Notes: generated by a model not told the origin, from the sequence alone. A stretch of 64,000 nucleotides of DNA from Paraspadella gotoi (GCA_051294375.1 CM119264.1:1876463-1940462); one strand, 5' to 3'; shown: positions 25,266 through 39,114, counted from the stretch's first letter. Translations and numbers: made by a program.

Positions 25266-27000
25266 GAAGGGATGATCCAAGTTGTAATGCACTAACAATC
25301 AAGATGCTCAAATAATATCAAATAACTCCTTATGAAGATCTTTTATAGAAGGGATGATCCAAGTTGTATCATCTAAAAAATCAAGAATGTTCAATAATAT
25401 CAAAATAAATCAGCTTATGAAGATCTTGTTATAGAAGGGATGATGCCAAGTTGTAAATCACTAAAATCAAGATGATTCAATTCAATAATAAATAAAAATC
25501 CTTATGAAGAATCTTTCTATAGAAGGGATGCATTCAGCAGTTGTAATCACTAAAATCAAGATGTTCTAATAATATCACATAATCCTTCAATTGAAGATCC
25601 TTTTATAGTAAGGCGATGACCAAGTTGTAATTAAAATCACAGATGTTCAATAATATCACAATTAAATCCTTATGAAGATCTTTTATTAGAAGGGATTGAA
25701 TCCAAAGTTGTTATCAACTAAAATCAAGATTTTACAATAGATATCAATAAATCTTATGAAGAATCTTTTATAGAAAGGGATGATCCAAGTTGTAATCACT
25801 AAAATCAACGAGATGTTTCAATAATATCAATAAATCCTTATGACATGATGCTTTTTATAGAAGGATGATCCAAGTGTAATCACTTAAATCAAGGATGTTC
25901 AATAATATTAAATAAATTCCGCTTAATGAAGATCTTTTATAGAAGGGATGATCACAAGTTAGTTAATCACTAAAAATCAAGGATGTTCAATAATTATCAA
26001 AATAAAATCCTTAATGTAAGATTTATAAGAAGGATGATCCAAGTTTGTAATTCATAAAATCAAGATGTTCATAATATCAAATAAAATCCTTTATTTGAAA
26101 TCTTTTATGAGAAGGGTGATGATCCAAGTTGTAACACTGAAAATCAAAGGATGTTCAATAACTATTCAAATACATCCTTATGAAGATCTTTTATAGAAGG
26201 ATGATCCAAGTTGTAATCACTAAAAATGCAAGATGTTCAATAATATTCAGAATAAATCCTTATTGAAGATCTTTTATAGAAGGGATGAATCCCAAGCTTG
26301 TAATCACTAAATACAAGATGTTGCAATAATATCAAATAAATCCTTATGAAGATCTTTTATAGAAGGATGATCCAAGTTGTAACTCACTAAAATCAGATGT
26401 TCAATAATAAAATAAATCCTTATGAAGATCTTTTATAGAAGGGATGATCCAAAAGTTGTATCACTAAAATCAAGATGCTTCAATAATTTCACAATAAATC
26501 CTTAGAAGATCTTTTATTAGAAGGGATGATCCAAGTTGTAAAATCACTAACAATCAAGGAGATGTTCCAATAATATCAAAATAAATCCTTATGAAGATCT
26601 GTTATATAGAAGGGATGATCCAAGTTGTAATCACTAAATCAAGATGTTCACAATAATATCAAATAAATCCTTATGATCATTTATAGTATAGTGTGATGAT
26701 CCAAGTTTGGAATCACTAAAATCAAGATGTCAATACATAATCAAATAAATCCTTATGAAGATCTTTTATAGAAGGGATGACCAGTTGTAATACACTAAAA
26801 TCAAGATGTTTCAACTAATATCAAACAAATCCTTATGAGATCTTTTAAGAAGGGATGAATCCAAAGTTGTAATCAATTAAATCAAAGTGTTCAATAATAT
26901 CAAATTAAATGTCCTTATTGAGATACATTATTTATAGAAGGGATGATCCAAGTTGTAATCACTAAAATCAAAATGTTCAAATGATCATCATAATAAAAAT
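25265..27000. repeat. 79-bp minisatellite (about 21-22 copies) derived from polymerase coding sequence
   Basis: Unit aaataaatccttatgaagatcttttatagaagggatgatccaagttgtaatcactaaaatcaagatgttcaataatatc. The minus strand translates as DLHKDLFDIIEHLDFSDYNLDHPFYK. Confidence 0.9.
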
Positions 27001-28179
27001 GTTGTTCCAAATCTTCTCGCTATGTGCGGCGTGTTTGATGGGGAGAGTTGCTTTGGGCGCTGGCAGGTCGCTTCGTAGTACGGGTTATGCTTGCGCAGCT
27101 TTGATTCTTTAAATACTTCTCATAGTCGACAAGGATTCTTGAAAGATGGAGAAGACGTAGGGGCGAGACACTTCACAGGGACTTATCCTTTCTTTAAGGG
27201 CTAAGGCGAAACGACTACGATGCATAATTCAGAGTGTATGCTGCAGATAGGCCAATGGTGAGTTTTTGGCATAAGTATCCCCGCTAGAAATAAAGTGCAC
27301 TGCTAAAAGGAAAACTCGAGGGAGTACGTGGTGAAGCGTAATATTGAAAAAAGACGAATCACAAAAATAAAAATATATCAGAGAGGCGAGAACAGGTTAC
27401 GCTTAACCGACAAAGAGAAGGGAAAGTGGGAAGTGAATCTCGAATGCGAAAAATCTCCTCCTGTGGCTGCGCGAAACCCGCGATCGAAAAGGAGGAGGAA
27501 GCGAAAATGGGAGGGGGAAGAAGATCTGCGGCGTCGCCCTCCTCCTCCTCCGACGCGCCCATAAATTGGCCCGAGAGGACGAACACGCTCCGCAATGGCA
27601 CGGGCTGTCCTCGTGGCACAGTGCACTGAGGTCCGAAGTGGAAAAAAGCTTCAACGGTGCATGGTTGAGGGTGAATGCAGGGTGAGTAGAAAAAAAAACA
27701 AAAAAGGGAGGTGGGATGGCGGTGGGGGGGGCCAATGCAATAGTCAATCAATAATACAGAGAAAATAATTCATCACGGGTACACGATCAATAATGAACTT
27801 GACGCATTACAGAGACCAGGCGTAATCTTCAAGAAAAAAAAAAACGAACTTGGCAGTTGTAAAAAAGGGCAAACAAAAACGAGAAAAAAAACGAAAACTT
27901 TCTCAAAAAAAATTTAAAACGAAAACTTTCTCAAAAAAAATTAAACAGGTATTTAGCAACATGGTGAGATGCTGTGTGAGTGCGAGGTTCCCAATGAATA
28001 TGACAATATATTTTCGGCCTTAATCACAGGGCGTCCCTCGTTTCGCGATCTTGATCCAAGATGCGTTTTTTTGTGTTGCAAGCATGTAAGTAATTGTGCG
28101 GGATTTTTTTCTTGTGGATTTTTTTGCGAGAACCGGGGGCCCGCGTCTTTCTTTTATGTCTATTTCTAAATGCGTAGAT

Positions 28180-29079
28180 GCTTCCATGGGCGCTCACTCC
28201 GTCTCTCGAGAGTGGCGTGGCCGCGGGCTTAAATGTTTCAGGCGCCTGGGGAAGGAGAGCGCCTGTGGGGGCGCGGTTCGGCGTCCTCGGATTTCGAAAC
28301 GAATGTCGGGAGGCGCCGGGAACTGCCAGCTGGCTAGACGATTCATTCACGATCGTCCACCATACATAGCAGAGGTTGCTGGAGAGTGGACGGGCCGCGC
28401 TGGGAAAGGCTGAGAGAACTGGTTGTCACATATATATCGAAGATACCGTCTAGGCTTTATTACTGACAGCGAGGTGATGCTCGCATCCCGGGACGAGTCC
28501 TGGGCGTCCGACAGGTAACGTGTATGGGCCGGGGTCTGCCTCGGCTTTGACTTGCTTTCCAGGTATTTTGTCAATCCTACGAGATTTTTGCAGATGGAAA
28601 AAACCAGGCGCAAAGCACTTGATTGGGGTATGCGTCCTTTTGGACGTGCCGAGGAGAAGAACTATGGTGATGGCCAGGACGACGTAGAAGAACAGGTAAC
28701 CGAATGGTCAGCTAGGCGGCAATTGACCTTATCTTTCTGTGGCGGGCTTTTCCGAAGACGTGGTCGCTTTCGGTCTCCTCCATCTCGATCAATTTGAGGA
28801 CTGTGTCCGGGTTTGAAACACCTCGTACATCTTCTGTGAAATTCTCCGAGAGAGGCCCTCGCGAGGCGCCTTCGCGCCATCTGCGCCCAGCAGGGGCGTT
28901 TTTTCCAGGTTCCAGGTTCACATACGCCTCTATGAGATCGGAGTAGGCAGAACGCAAATATTAGGACGGGTGCGCCGCGCCTTAGGGCGCCAACCCATGC
29001 GCCATGTCAAATGGAGACGCCGCGCCGCATAGCCACGCCACAACGGCGTACCAATCTCGCGGGTTGAATGGAAGGGCAT
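28180..29079 (-). pseudogene. Family A unknown membrane protein, frameshifted copy
   Basis: NPDTVLKLIEMEETESDHVFGK is identical to the 37117..37695 ORF. Confidence 0.65.
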
Positions 29080-29229
29080 CGTTTTAATCCTGGAACAACA
29101 AAAAAATTTTTCCCTCTTTTCAAACAAATTCGAGATAAAGTTTAGTTAAAATCTCATCTAAACTTATATTTTTGCTAAATTGTTTTTCAAATATTTTTTT
29201 TTATTCAAAATATATTATTGAAAAGCTTT

Positions 29230-29960
29230 TCTTTAATCTGTCAAGGTGACGTGACCTGTGACGCCTCAATAGATGTCAGATAGAGAGGCTAGGTTTAGGT
29301 ATGTCGATGTGACTATGTCTTATTTTGAATGCACATTCCAAGAACATTTCATTCTTTGTTACGCTAGAAAATTGAGTTTTTGTTCTTGAAAAACGGAAAG
29401 TTAATTTTCAAATGGCACTTCTTTGTATAACTTAAATTTAATCACTGGATGTTCTTATTGATTGGTTGTTCCTTATTTTCCCTAACCATATTTTTTATTT
29501 ATCAGTTTGATCGTTCAATTTGGCGAACTGTAAACTTTATTCTTTTAATGCAACGAAATTCTTCCGACAAAATTGTCAAGGACATTTCATCAACTGAAGC
29601 TTTGTTTTCTGCGTTGATCAAACTTGAGAGAAATTTCAAGCTTTTCGTCCTTACCAAATTTTTATAAGAAGGGGTATGATTTCAATTTGTAATAACTAAA
29701 ATCAATGATACAATATAAATTCTTGTAAAGATCTGCTGACATGGTTAACCCATCTGGATAAGTATAGCTCACAGACAAAAGAATCGTTATTGGTATATTA
29801 AAGAGTGCTTAATTTACATAAATTAATTTAATTAAGACTAATTATTTAGATGTCTTCTAAAATTTTAAATCTTACTTGGAAGGCAAACAATTCTATGTAC
29901 CGTCACTTTTATTCATTTTTTCATTTATTTAATTTATTCATAATTAAACACCTGTTATAC
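29230..29960 (-). pseudogene. Polinton-type PolB C-terminal fragment
   Basis: Duplicate of 38020-38710. Confidence 0.65.
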
Positions 29961-30734
29961 TTTTTAAAGTGAAAAACTGGTGAGCCTCGAGCCATTGGGT
30001 GGGGCTGAGAGGAGGAGAGAGGAGGATGATGAGTGGCTGACGAAGACACGAGACTCGCGCTCTGGGCTGGTTTGGTCGTTGAAACAAAGTGAGGTAATAT
30101 TGTGGTTATTGACACATTTTATAAACAACAGACTTGACATGATCTACTTACATTTGTCAACAACGTTTTGATTTTTTGCATCTTTTGATTTCTTTTGCCG
30201 AGAATTGATCCCTTGGGCTTTGATCGGTCAATGAAAGCCATTTTTTTTAAAGAATCAAAACGACAAATACAAACAAATTTTTTAAAAATAGTTTAACGCA
30301 AATATTTTAAAATATAAAATTCTAACATCGTTTTTATAATACAACCAACCAAGCAGGCACCCTTCTTGAGATAGCCTCAAGCATCAAGGTCCGCCCAATT
30401 GGAGATGTTCAATCGATATCAAATATTCTTGTAAAGATTGGTTGAATGGTTAACACCATCTGGATGAGTATTCTCACAGAGAAAAGAAACGTTATTTGTN
30501 NNNNNNNNNNNNNNNNNNNNNNNNGGGTGAATAATAAGGCAAATTAGACAAAAGATTAATTATCGCAAGAAAATTATTTCGTTCTATTCGTTTATTGTAC
30601 AGATAATAAGACTCACCAGAGTTGATCAAGCGCGGTTTCATTGTTTGCCACGTTATCCGTGTCTTGGGCAATGACGTCTAAACTTACATGATTCTAAATT
30701 TTTTTCAAATATTTTTTTTATTATAAATATTTTG

Positions 30735-31120
30735 TTTTCTCGTTGATACTTGAGAGAAATTTCAAGCTTTTCCTTACATAAATTTTTATAGGGATGATTC
30801 AATTTGTAATAACTAAAATCAAGATGTTCAATGATATCAAATAAATTCTTGTAAAGATCTGGTTGAATGGTTAACCCATCTGGATGAGTATTCTCACAGA
30901 GAAAAGAATCGTTATTGGTATAATTAATTAATTTAATTTAATTTAATTTAATTAATTAATTAATTTAATTTAGACTGAATTATTAAGAAGTCTTCTAAAA
31001 TCCTAATCTTACTCGGAAAGGCAAACCAATCTATGTACCTAACTTTTATTCATTTTTTCATTTATTAATTTATTCATAATTGAACCCTGTTTTTACTTTT
31101 TAAAAATGGCAATAAATTAT
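30735..31120 (-). pseudogene. Polinton-type PolB fragment
   Basis: Contains tataccaataacgattct (YTNNDS) and DLYKNLFDIIEHLDFS. Confidence 0.65.
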
Positions 31121-32034
31121 CAGGGAAAAAAAATCTCACAAAACGTTCCTGCAAAGGCTGAATCGAATCTGTGGCGCTCCCGAAAAACCCCCCGCCAACC
31201 CTAAGAACCACTACGAAAAATAGAACTATTAGATAGGAAAATCAATATCTTCGGCCCCGAAATACCATAAAACCAATAACGTTGATGGGTATTTATAACT
31301 TCAATTCATACGATTTTACATTAGTTATAAAATTAACTAAATAAACTTCGATCGTGAACGTCTTATTTCTCTTGTTTTGAAAATTCACGTCTCGCGTCGG
31401 GTATGGCATCTACACGTGAATTACTTCCACCTAACTATTGACCTTATTCATGTCGCTCCTCCCTTCAACCACAGCCATCCCTCCCGCTTTAGCATCCTCA
31501 CCTAAACACCTCCCTCAGTAATATGAATTGTGACTACACGGCACGATCAGTTACATTCACCGTTATTGCAACGGGGCAAATCCCATACACCACAACGGAC
31601 TCCCTTTTTTTTTTTTTATAAATTTACCTCATAGCCTCCCGGCCATAACATGCCCTAACAACCGCGCTGCTGCCGGCGCGCACAGCAGCCAAACCCCTGC
31701 CGGGCCGGACTTCCAACCCGACAGTTCTTCAGCGATGGAGGGTCTTCGGAATTTAACATTTCCCCTATTCAGAACCGATTTCAACAGTCTCGTCGCAATT
31801 GTTGTCTGTCCCTTTGCCGCGATGCCAGATCCCCGTCAGTATTTTCCTTCTCCTCCCCGATCTGACCACGATAAGCCTCAATCAACTGTACAAGGCACAT
31901 CGACACGATCTCCCTCCTCGTAAAACTTTACTCACTCACTTACTCGAACCCTGCATTCTCCTCAGCATCTCTCTATCTCTTCTCCTTCTCTCTCTCTCTC
32001 CTCTCCGTCTCTCTCTCTCTCCTCCTCGCTCTCT

Positions 32035-32071
<37 letters not shown>

Positions 32072-32533
32072 CATTAAGTCCGAGACGGAAAAACGACGAG
32101 AGACGAGATGATGCGGGTATGCGATTTTATTCCGGTTCGAAGCCTTCTCCGTCTTCTGTCCTTTTTTATTCCCTTTTCTTTCTCTCTCAGATCTTCTTTC
32201 GACTCTTCTCTCGCTTGGATTCGTCGGTCGGCCCGCACCGCCCCCGTCTATTGTCTTCTCGCGCTAGCTCCTCTCGTTGTTCTCTTGCTTCTGGGCCTCT
32301 AATGCCTTTAAACTAACGAAATCTGGGGAAAAAGAAAATCAATTGAGAAATTTCTTCGCCGACTGCCTACATTAAACCGAGCCTCGGATCGCACGCGCTT
32401 ATCCGCGAAAATAGAGTCCGCGCGATTAATAATCTACGAGTTTCATAAATGCGCGGGAGGAGCCAATGAAAAAAACTCCAATCGTTCGAGAATGAAATCC
32501 TTTGAACTTTCCTCTTTCTCTCTCTCTCCCTTC

Positions 32534-32567
<34 letters not shown>

Positions 32568-33544
32568 TCTTCTCCTCTCCTCTCTCGGCTCTCTTCTCTC
32601 TCTCCTCTCTCCATCGACCACGCCCCATTCTCTCTTCTCTCACGGTTCTTTCCCTCCTCCTTCTCCCATTGTTTACTGTTCTGCGCCGACCGACGGCCCA
32701 TTAAGGGTCTTGCAAAGAAGTGCGTGATCGACGGGGCGGAGATAGGAGATTACAGCGGAGATACGAAGCGAAGCTGTATGAAATTCATTGGCGAAGCTGA
32801 GAAGGAATTAGGGAGGGGCAATGGCTGAGCCGCACTAATAGCTTGTACCGGAGCAGATCAAATTACTTCCATTTTTTTTAAAAATTCGTTTATTAGCAAA
32901 ACAAAGGAAGTGATGTTATTACAATTACACACATAATTGTCTTTTTACAAAAGTATTTCACAAACATTGTTAAAAATATCATTTTAAAAATTTTATCAAA
33001 ATATTGACCAAAATCATATAGGTTTTTAAAAAAAATTTTACTTAGTAAGAAATTCACTTAATTTATAATGCAAAGTAAGTTAACAGTCAATTTTTTTCCC
33101 GTCTACAGTAGTTTGGTTGGTCCCTCTAGCAATAAGCTTTAGATATTTAGCAAAAAATGTTCCATCTTTTCTTTACCATTTTTTTTCATTTTTTTTTAAA
33201 CGGTGGCGCAGCATTGTACTGTAATTTTTTTTTTGAAAATGTTCAAAAAAATTATATGATGTATGGGCACCTTTTACAGCAATACTTCGTTTTTTGATTC
33301 ACTTTTTTCATATGTTCTGCGCAAATCAGAAGGGTGAATAATAAGGCAATTAGACAGAAAGATTAATTATCGCAAGAAAATTATTCTCGTTCTATTTCGT
33401 TTATTGTACAGAAATAAGACCTCACCAGAGTGATCGAAGCGCGGTTTTATTGGTTTGCCACGTCATAGTCCGTCGGCTTGGGCAATGAACGTCTAAACTT
33501 ACAGTGATCTAAATTTTTTTTTCAAACTATTTTTTTATTAAAAT

Positions 33545-34165
33545 ATTTTGTTTTCTCGTTGATACTTGTGACGAAATTTCAAGCTTTTCCTTAGCATAAA
33601 TTTTTATAGAAGGGATGATTCCAATTTGTATAAATAAACTCAAGAGTCAGTGATATCAAATAAATTCTTGTAAAGATCTGGTTTGATGGTTAACCCATCT
33701 GGATGAGTATCTCGAGCAGAGAGAGAACGAACTCATTATTGGTATTATTAAGTAGAGTTTTAATTTAATTAATTATTAATATTTAATTAGACTGAATTAT
33801 TAAGTAGTACTTCTAAAATCCTAATTCTTACTCGGAAAGGCAACAATCTATGTACCTACTTTTATTCATTTTTTCATTTATTAATTTATTATAATTAACC
33901 CGTTTTTACTTTTTAAAAATGGCAATAAATTATCATTAAATAAACTTTAACATTATGTACTTGATGATTTTGTTTAAAATAAAAAGAGCATTGCTCAACA
34001 AATTTATATCGAAGATAGATTCAATTGAATTTTTTTTTAAATCTGAAAGCTAGTTTTTCCTTACTCTCATGAGCGCAACTAATTGTCAGTTCAATTCAGC
34101 GATCAAAACTTTCCAAGGGTGCTCTTTGGTTTTCTGCTGATATTGTGAGAGGCGATTTCAAGCCT
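33545..34165 (-). pseudogene. Polinton-type PolB fragment
   Basis: Same segment as 24620-25265 and 39115-39590. Confidence 0.6.
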
Positions 34166-34465
34166 TTTCCTCACTAAAGTGGAGTGGAATGCGTGGAGGG
34201 CCATATCACATAAACCCCTCATCATCTCATCATGACGAAGGGTCCTCCATTGAGTTTCATATTGTGCGTCTTCCACAGATACTGAAGCGCCGCAAGAATG
34301 TACTCCAAGCTCCTTAGCAGTTGAGACGTCCAACATTTTGGAAACTCCCTCAAATAGTAGACCGATGTTTGCCCGCGAGAAGCTGGAAGTAACGATTTGG
34401 ACAGTGACATCTCCTTTTTCCCAATTTCTTTTCGCTAGAGTGCTGCTGAAAATTAATTGTTCCAT
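34165..34465 (-). CDS. Unknown ORF fragment (family D), paralog at ~57020..57330
   Basis: STLAKR..KGDVTVQIVT occurs in both copies; GC-richer than the flanks. Confidence 0.35.
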
Positions 34466-34539
34466 CCACCTTTTCCTTTTTTTTTGGATTGTTCAAAAAA
34501 TGAAATTTTTTTTGTAACTAGAACAAAGACACTTTTATT

Positions 34540-36020
34540 CATTTTTCATTCATTAATTTATTCATAATAATAAAACTTTAACATGACATACTGTAAATGA
34601 AATTTTGGGAAACAAAAGAAAGTGTTCAATGTCGATGATTTGTTTAAAAAGATTAAAAGATTGGCCGCAACAAATTTATATATCCGGAAGTTAGATTCAA
34701 TTAATTTTTTTTTAAAATCCGAACCTATATTTTCCTTACTTTTATTCATTTTTCATTTTATTAATTTACTACGAAAATCGTTTTTGTTCTTGAAAACGAA
34801 AGTTATTTTCAAATGCCACTTTCTTTGTATACTTGAAAATTAAAATCACTGGATGTTTCTTCTTTTTTTCAATTCAGTTTTGATCTTTCATTGAGACGTA
34901 AACTTTGATTGTTTTTAATGCACAAATTCTTCCACAAAATTTGTCAGGACATTCATCACTGAACTTTGTTTTCTCGTTGATACTTGGATGAGAAATTCAA
35001 GCGTTTTCCTTACATAGAATTTTTATAGAAGGATGGATTCATTTGTAATAATTTAAATCATAGATGTTCAATATGATATCAAATAAATTCTTGTAAATGA
35101 TCTGTTGAATGGTTGTAACCCATCTGGATGAGTAATTAATTTAATTAGACTGAATTAGTTATGATGTTTTCTAAATCTTTAATCTTACTTCGAAAGGCAA
35201 CCAATCTATGTACCTCACTTTTATCCATTTTCATTTATTAATTTATTCATAATTAAACCCTGTTTTTTACTTTTTAAAAAATGCAATAAATTATCATAAT
35301 AAAACTTGTAACATATTGTACTTTGTATTGATTTTGTTTAAAATAAAAGAGATTGCTCAACAAATTTATTAATCCCGAAGATAGATTTCAATTATTTTNN
35401 NNNNNNNNNNNNNNNNNNNNNNNTTATAAATAACATCTTTTTTAACATTATATGTCTTCATTTTATACATTGATGATTTGGTTTAAATTAAAAAGAAGCA
35501 TATGCTCAACAAATTTTATTATCGAAGATTAGATATGCGAGAGTTAATTTTATTTTTTTAAAATAAACTGAAGCTATGAATTAATTTTTTTTTAAATCTG
35601 AAGCTATATTTTCCTTACCTCGATGACGCAACTATTGTCATCAATTCATCACTAAACTTTCCAAGGGTCTCTTTGTTTTCTCGTCGATATTTGAGAGCAA
35701 TTTCAAGCTTTTCCACACATAAATTTTTATTGAAGGGATGATCCAAGTTGTAATCACTAAAATCAAGATGTTCAATAATATCAAATAAATCCTTATGAAG
35801 ATCTTTTATAGAAGGGATGATCCAAGTTGTAATCACTAAAATCAAGATGTTCAATAATATCAAATAAATCCTTATGAAGATCTTTTATAGAAGGGATGAT
35901 CCAAGTTGTAATCACTAAAATCAAGATGTTCAATAATATCAAATAAATCCTTATGAAGATCTTTTATAGAAGGGATGATCCAAGTTGTAATCACTAAAAT
36001 CAAAATGTTCAATGATATCA
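34540..36020 (-). pseudogene. Rearranged PolB fragments ending in about 4 clean copies of the 79-bp repeat
   Basis: ORF 35615..35863 contains LDFSDYNLDHPF..RENKETLGKFSDE; MLKFYY near 34570. Confidence 0.7.
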
Positions 36021-36106
36021 AATAAAATGTTGTTCCCCACAATCTTCTCGATGTCGCGTGTTTGTGGGGAGGTTGCTTTGGCGCTGGCAGGGTCCTCGTA
36101 GTACGG

Positions 36107-36310
36107 TTATGCTTGCGGCAGCTTTGATTCCTTCAAATACTTCTCATAGTCGACAAGGATCTTGAAGATGGAGAAGACTAGGGCGAGACACTTCACGGGA
36201 ACTATTCCTTTCTTTAGGGCTAGGGAAACGACTACGACTGCTATTAGAGTGTATGCTGCAAGATAGGCAATGGTGAGTTTTGGCCATAAGTATCCCCTGA
36301 AATAAGTCAC
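36107..36310 (-). CDS. Family A paralog fragment (two-TM segment); also at ~27085..27290
   Basis: WPKLTIAYLAAYTLIAVVVVSLALKKGIVPVKCLALVFSIFKILVDYEKYLKESKL aligns with the 37117..37695 ORF. Confidence 0.55.
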   Translation of the reverse strand: MTYFRGYLWPKLTIAYLAAYTLIAVVVVSLALKKGIVPVKCLALVFSIFKILVDYEKYLKESKLPQA

Positions 36311-37116
36311 TGGCTAAAGGAAAACTCGAGGAGTAGTGGTGAAGCGTATATTGAAAAAAGACGATCACAAAAATAAAAATATTACAGAGAGGCGGAGAAC
36401 AAGTCTTAACACAAGAGAGGGAAAGTGGGAAGTGAATCTCGAATGGAAAAATCTCGTGGCTGCGCGAAACCCCCGATCGAAAAGGAGGAGGAAGCGAAAT
36501 GGGAGGGGGAAGAAGATCTGCGCGTCGCCTCCTCCTCCTCACGCGCCCCATAAATTGCCCGAGAGGACAACACGCGCCCCGAATGGCACGGGCTGTCCTC
36601 GTGCACGTGCATGAGGTCCGAAGTGGAAAAAAAGCTAACGGTGCATGGTGAGCGTGATGCAGGTGAGTAGAAAAAAAAACAAAAAGGGGGTGGGTGAGGT
36701 TGGGGGGCAATCAATAAGTCAATCAAATAATAACAGAGAAAATCAATTCATCACGGGTACAATCAATAATGAACTTGACATTACAGAGACTCAGGCTAAT
36801 CTAATAAGAAAAAAAAAACGAACTTGGCAGTGTAAAAAAGGCAAACAAAAAACGAAAAAAAACACGAAAACTTTCTCAAAAAAAAATTAAAACGAAAAAA
36901 AAAAAACGAAAACTTTCTCAAAGTTCCCATGCCCATATTTTCCCTTATCACAGCGTCCTCGTTCGCCTTGATCGCTTTTTTTTTTCAAGCATAAGTAATG
37001 GGATTTTCTTTCTTTTGTAGATTTTTTTGCGAGACGGCGCCGCGTCTCTTTTCTGTCTATTTCTACGTAGATGCTTCCATGCGTCGACTCCGTATCCGAG
37101 GGTGGGCGTGGCCGCG

Positions 37117-37881
37117 CTAATGTTTCAGGCGCCTGGGGAAGGAGAGCGCGCTGTGGGGGCGCGGTTCCGCGTCCTCGATTTCGAAACGATGTCGGGAGGC
37201 GCCGGGGAACTCCAGCTGCTCGAGCCTGATCTCGACGTCCTCCAGTCGGGTGAGGATCGTGTTCAGGGAGATCAGGTTGTTGCCAACGACCTCTTCAACG
37301 TCTGCCTTGTGGTGCTTGAAGCCGGGTGTCCTCTCGGGGTCCTCGTACGTGTTGGGCGGGGTCTGCCTCAGCTTTGACTCTTTCAGGTATTTGTCATAAT
37401 CCACGAAGATTTTGCAGATGGAAAAAACCAGCGCAAAGCACTTGATTGGGGGTATTCCTCTTGAGAGTGCCAGGGAGACTATGGTGATGGCCAGGACGAC
37501 GTAGAAAGACAGGTAACCAATGGTCAGCTTAGGCCAGATTGACCTTATCTTTGTGGCGACTTTTCCGAAGACGTGGTCGCTTTCGGTCTCCTCCATCTCG
37601 ATCAATTTGAGGACTGTGTCCGGGTTGAACAGCCTCGTTACATCTTCTTGAAATTCTCCTTTGAAGAGGCCCTCGGCGAGCGCCTTGCGCGCCATCTGCG
37701 CCAGCAGGGCGTTTTCCAGGTTCCAGGTTCACATAACGCCTCTATGAGACGGAGTAGCAGAACCATATTAGACGGCGCCGCGCCTTGAGCGCCAACCCAT
37801 GTCGCCATGTCAAATGGAGACGCCCGCCGCTATAGCCGCGCCACAGGCGTACACCATCTCCGGGGTTGAAATCGAAGGCAT
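37117..37881 (-). CDS. Family A unknown two-TM protein (MPSISTPEM.. start, frameshifts in the 5' part)
   Basis: 192-aa ORF with two hydrophobic helices and a heptad segment LNTILTRLEDVEIRLEQL. The ATG at 37881 follows a ttccag| acceptor-like site. Confidence 0.6.
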
Positions 37882-38019
37882 CGTTTTAATCCTGGAACAA
37901 CAAAAAAATTGTTTCCCTCTTTTCAAACAAATCGAATAAGTTTAGTTAATCTCTCTAAACTTATATTTTTCTAAATTTTTTTCAAATTTTTTTTTTTATT
38001 CAAAATATATTATTGAAAA

Positions 38020-38710
38020 GCTTTCTTTAATCTGTCGGTGACGTGACCTGTGACCCTCAATAGATGTCAGATAGAGAGCTAGGTTTAGGTATTATTGACT
38101 AGTCTTATTTTTTGAATCACATTCAAGAACATTTCATCTTTGTTACTAGAAAATCGTTTTTGTTCTTGAAAAACGGAAAGTTTATTTTCAAATGCCACTT
38201 CTTTGTATAACTTAAAATTTAAATCACTGGATGTTCTTTTGATGGTTGTCCCTCCATATTTTTTCAATTCAGTTTGATCGTTCAATTTGCGACTGTAAAC
38301 TTTATTTTTTAATGCAACAAATTCTTCCACAAAATTGTCAGGACATTCATCACTGAACTTTGTTTTCTCGTTGATACTTGAGAGAAATTTCAAGCTTTTC
38401 CTTACATAAATTTTTATAGAAGGGATGATTCAATTTGTAATAACTAAAATCAATGATATCAAATAAATTCTTGTAAAGATCTGGCTGAATGGTTAACCCA
38501 TCTGAATAAGTATACTCAGACAAAAGAATCGTTATTGGTATATATAAAGGAGAGCTAATTTAATTAATTAATTTAATTAAGACTGAATTATTAAGATGTC
38601 TTCTAAAATCTTAATCTTACTTGGAAAGGCAAACCAATCTATGTACCTCACTTTTATTCATTTTTTCATTTATTAATTTATTCATAATTAAACCCTGTTA
38701 TTACTTTTTA
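38020..38710 (-). pseudogene. Polinton/Maverick protein-primed DNA polymerase B, C-terminal remnant
   Basis: YTNNDS..LFDIIDFSYYKLNHPFYK..KFSDECPDNFVEEFVALKNKVYS..KKYGG..LYKEV..QKRFSS..KIRL..TGH follows the motif order YxDTDS, DxSxY..H, GKFKDE, EFVGLRSKxYS, KKxKG, ..GH. Confidence 0.8.
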
Positions 38711-38885
38711 AAGTGAAAAACTGGGTGAGCCTCGAGCCTTGGGTGCTGAGAGGAGGAAGAGGAGGATGAATGAGTGGCTGACGAGACACGAGACTCGCGC
38801 TCGGGCTGGTTTGGTCGTTGAAAACAAAGTAGGTAAATATTGTGGTTATTGACACATTTTATAACACAGACTTGATGATACTTAC

Positions 38886-38968
38886 AATTTGTCAACAAGT
38901 TTTGATTTTGCATCTTTGATTTCTTTTGCCGACAATTGATCCCTTGCTTTGATGGTCAATGAAGCCAT
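38886..38968 (-). other. Exon-like fragment of family C (MASLTIKARDQLSAKEIKDAKSKLVDKL|gtaagt); also at ~30151..30241
   Basis: Ends with a phase-2 gtaagt donor and resembles IMNEKAKLKNTL|gtaagt of the gene at 62736..63539. Confidence 0.4.
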
Positions 38969-39114
38969 TTTTTTAAGATAAAACGAATAAACAAATTTTT
39001 TAAAAAATATTAACGCAAATAATTTTAAAATATAAAATCTAACATCGTTTTTATAAATACACCAACCAAGCAGCACCCTTCTTAGATACCTCAAGCATCA
39101 AGGTCCCCCATTGG

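Larger units (their letters stand above)
27000..30480. repeat. Segmental duplicate of ~36000..39200
   Basis: Colinear blocks with the same gene fragments; this copy is indel-rich. Confidence 0.85.

Noticed and set aside
25265-27000. CRISPR-like array
   Set aside because: No unique spacers: the whole 79-bp unit repeats, the context is eukaryotic and no cas genes are present
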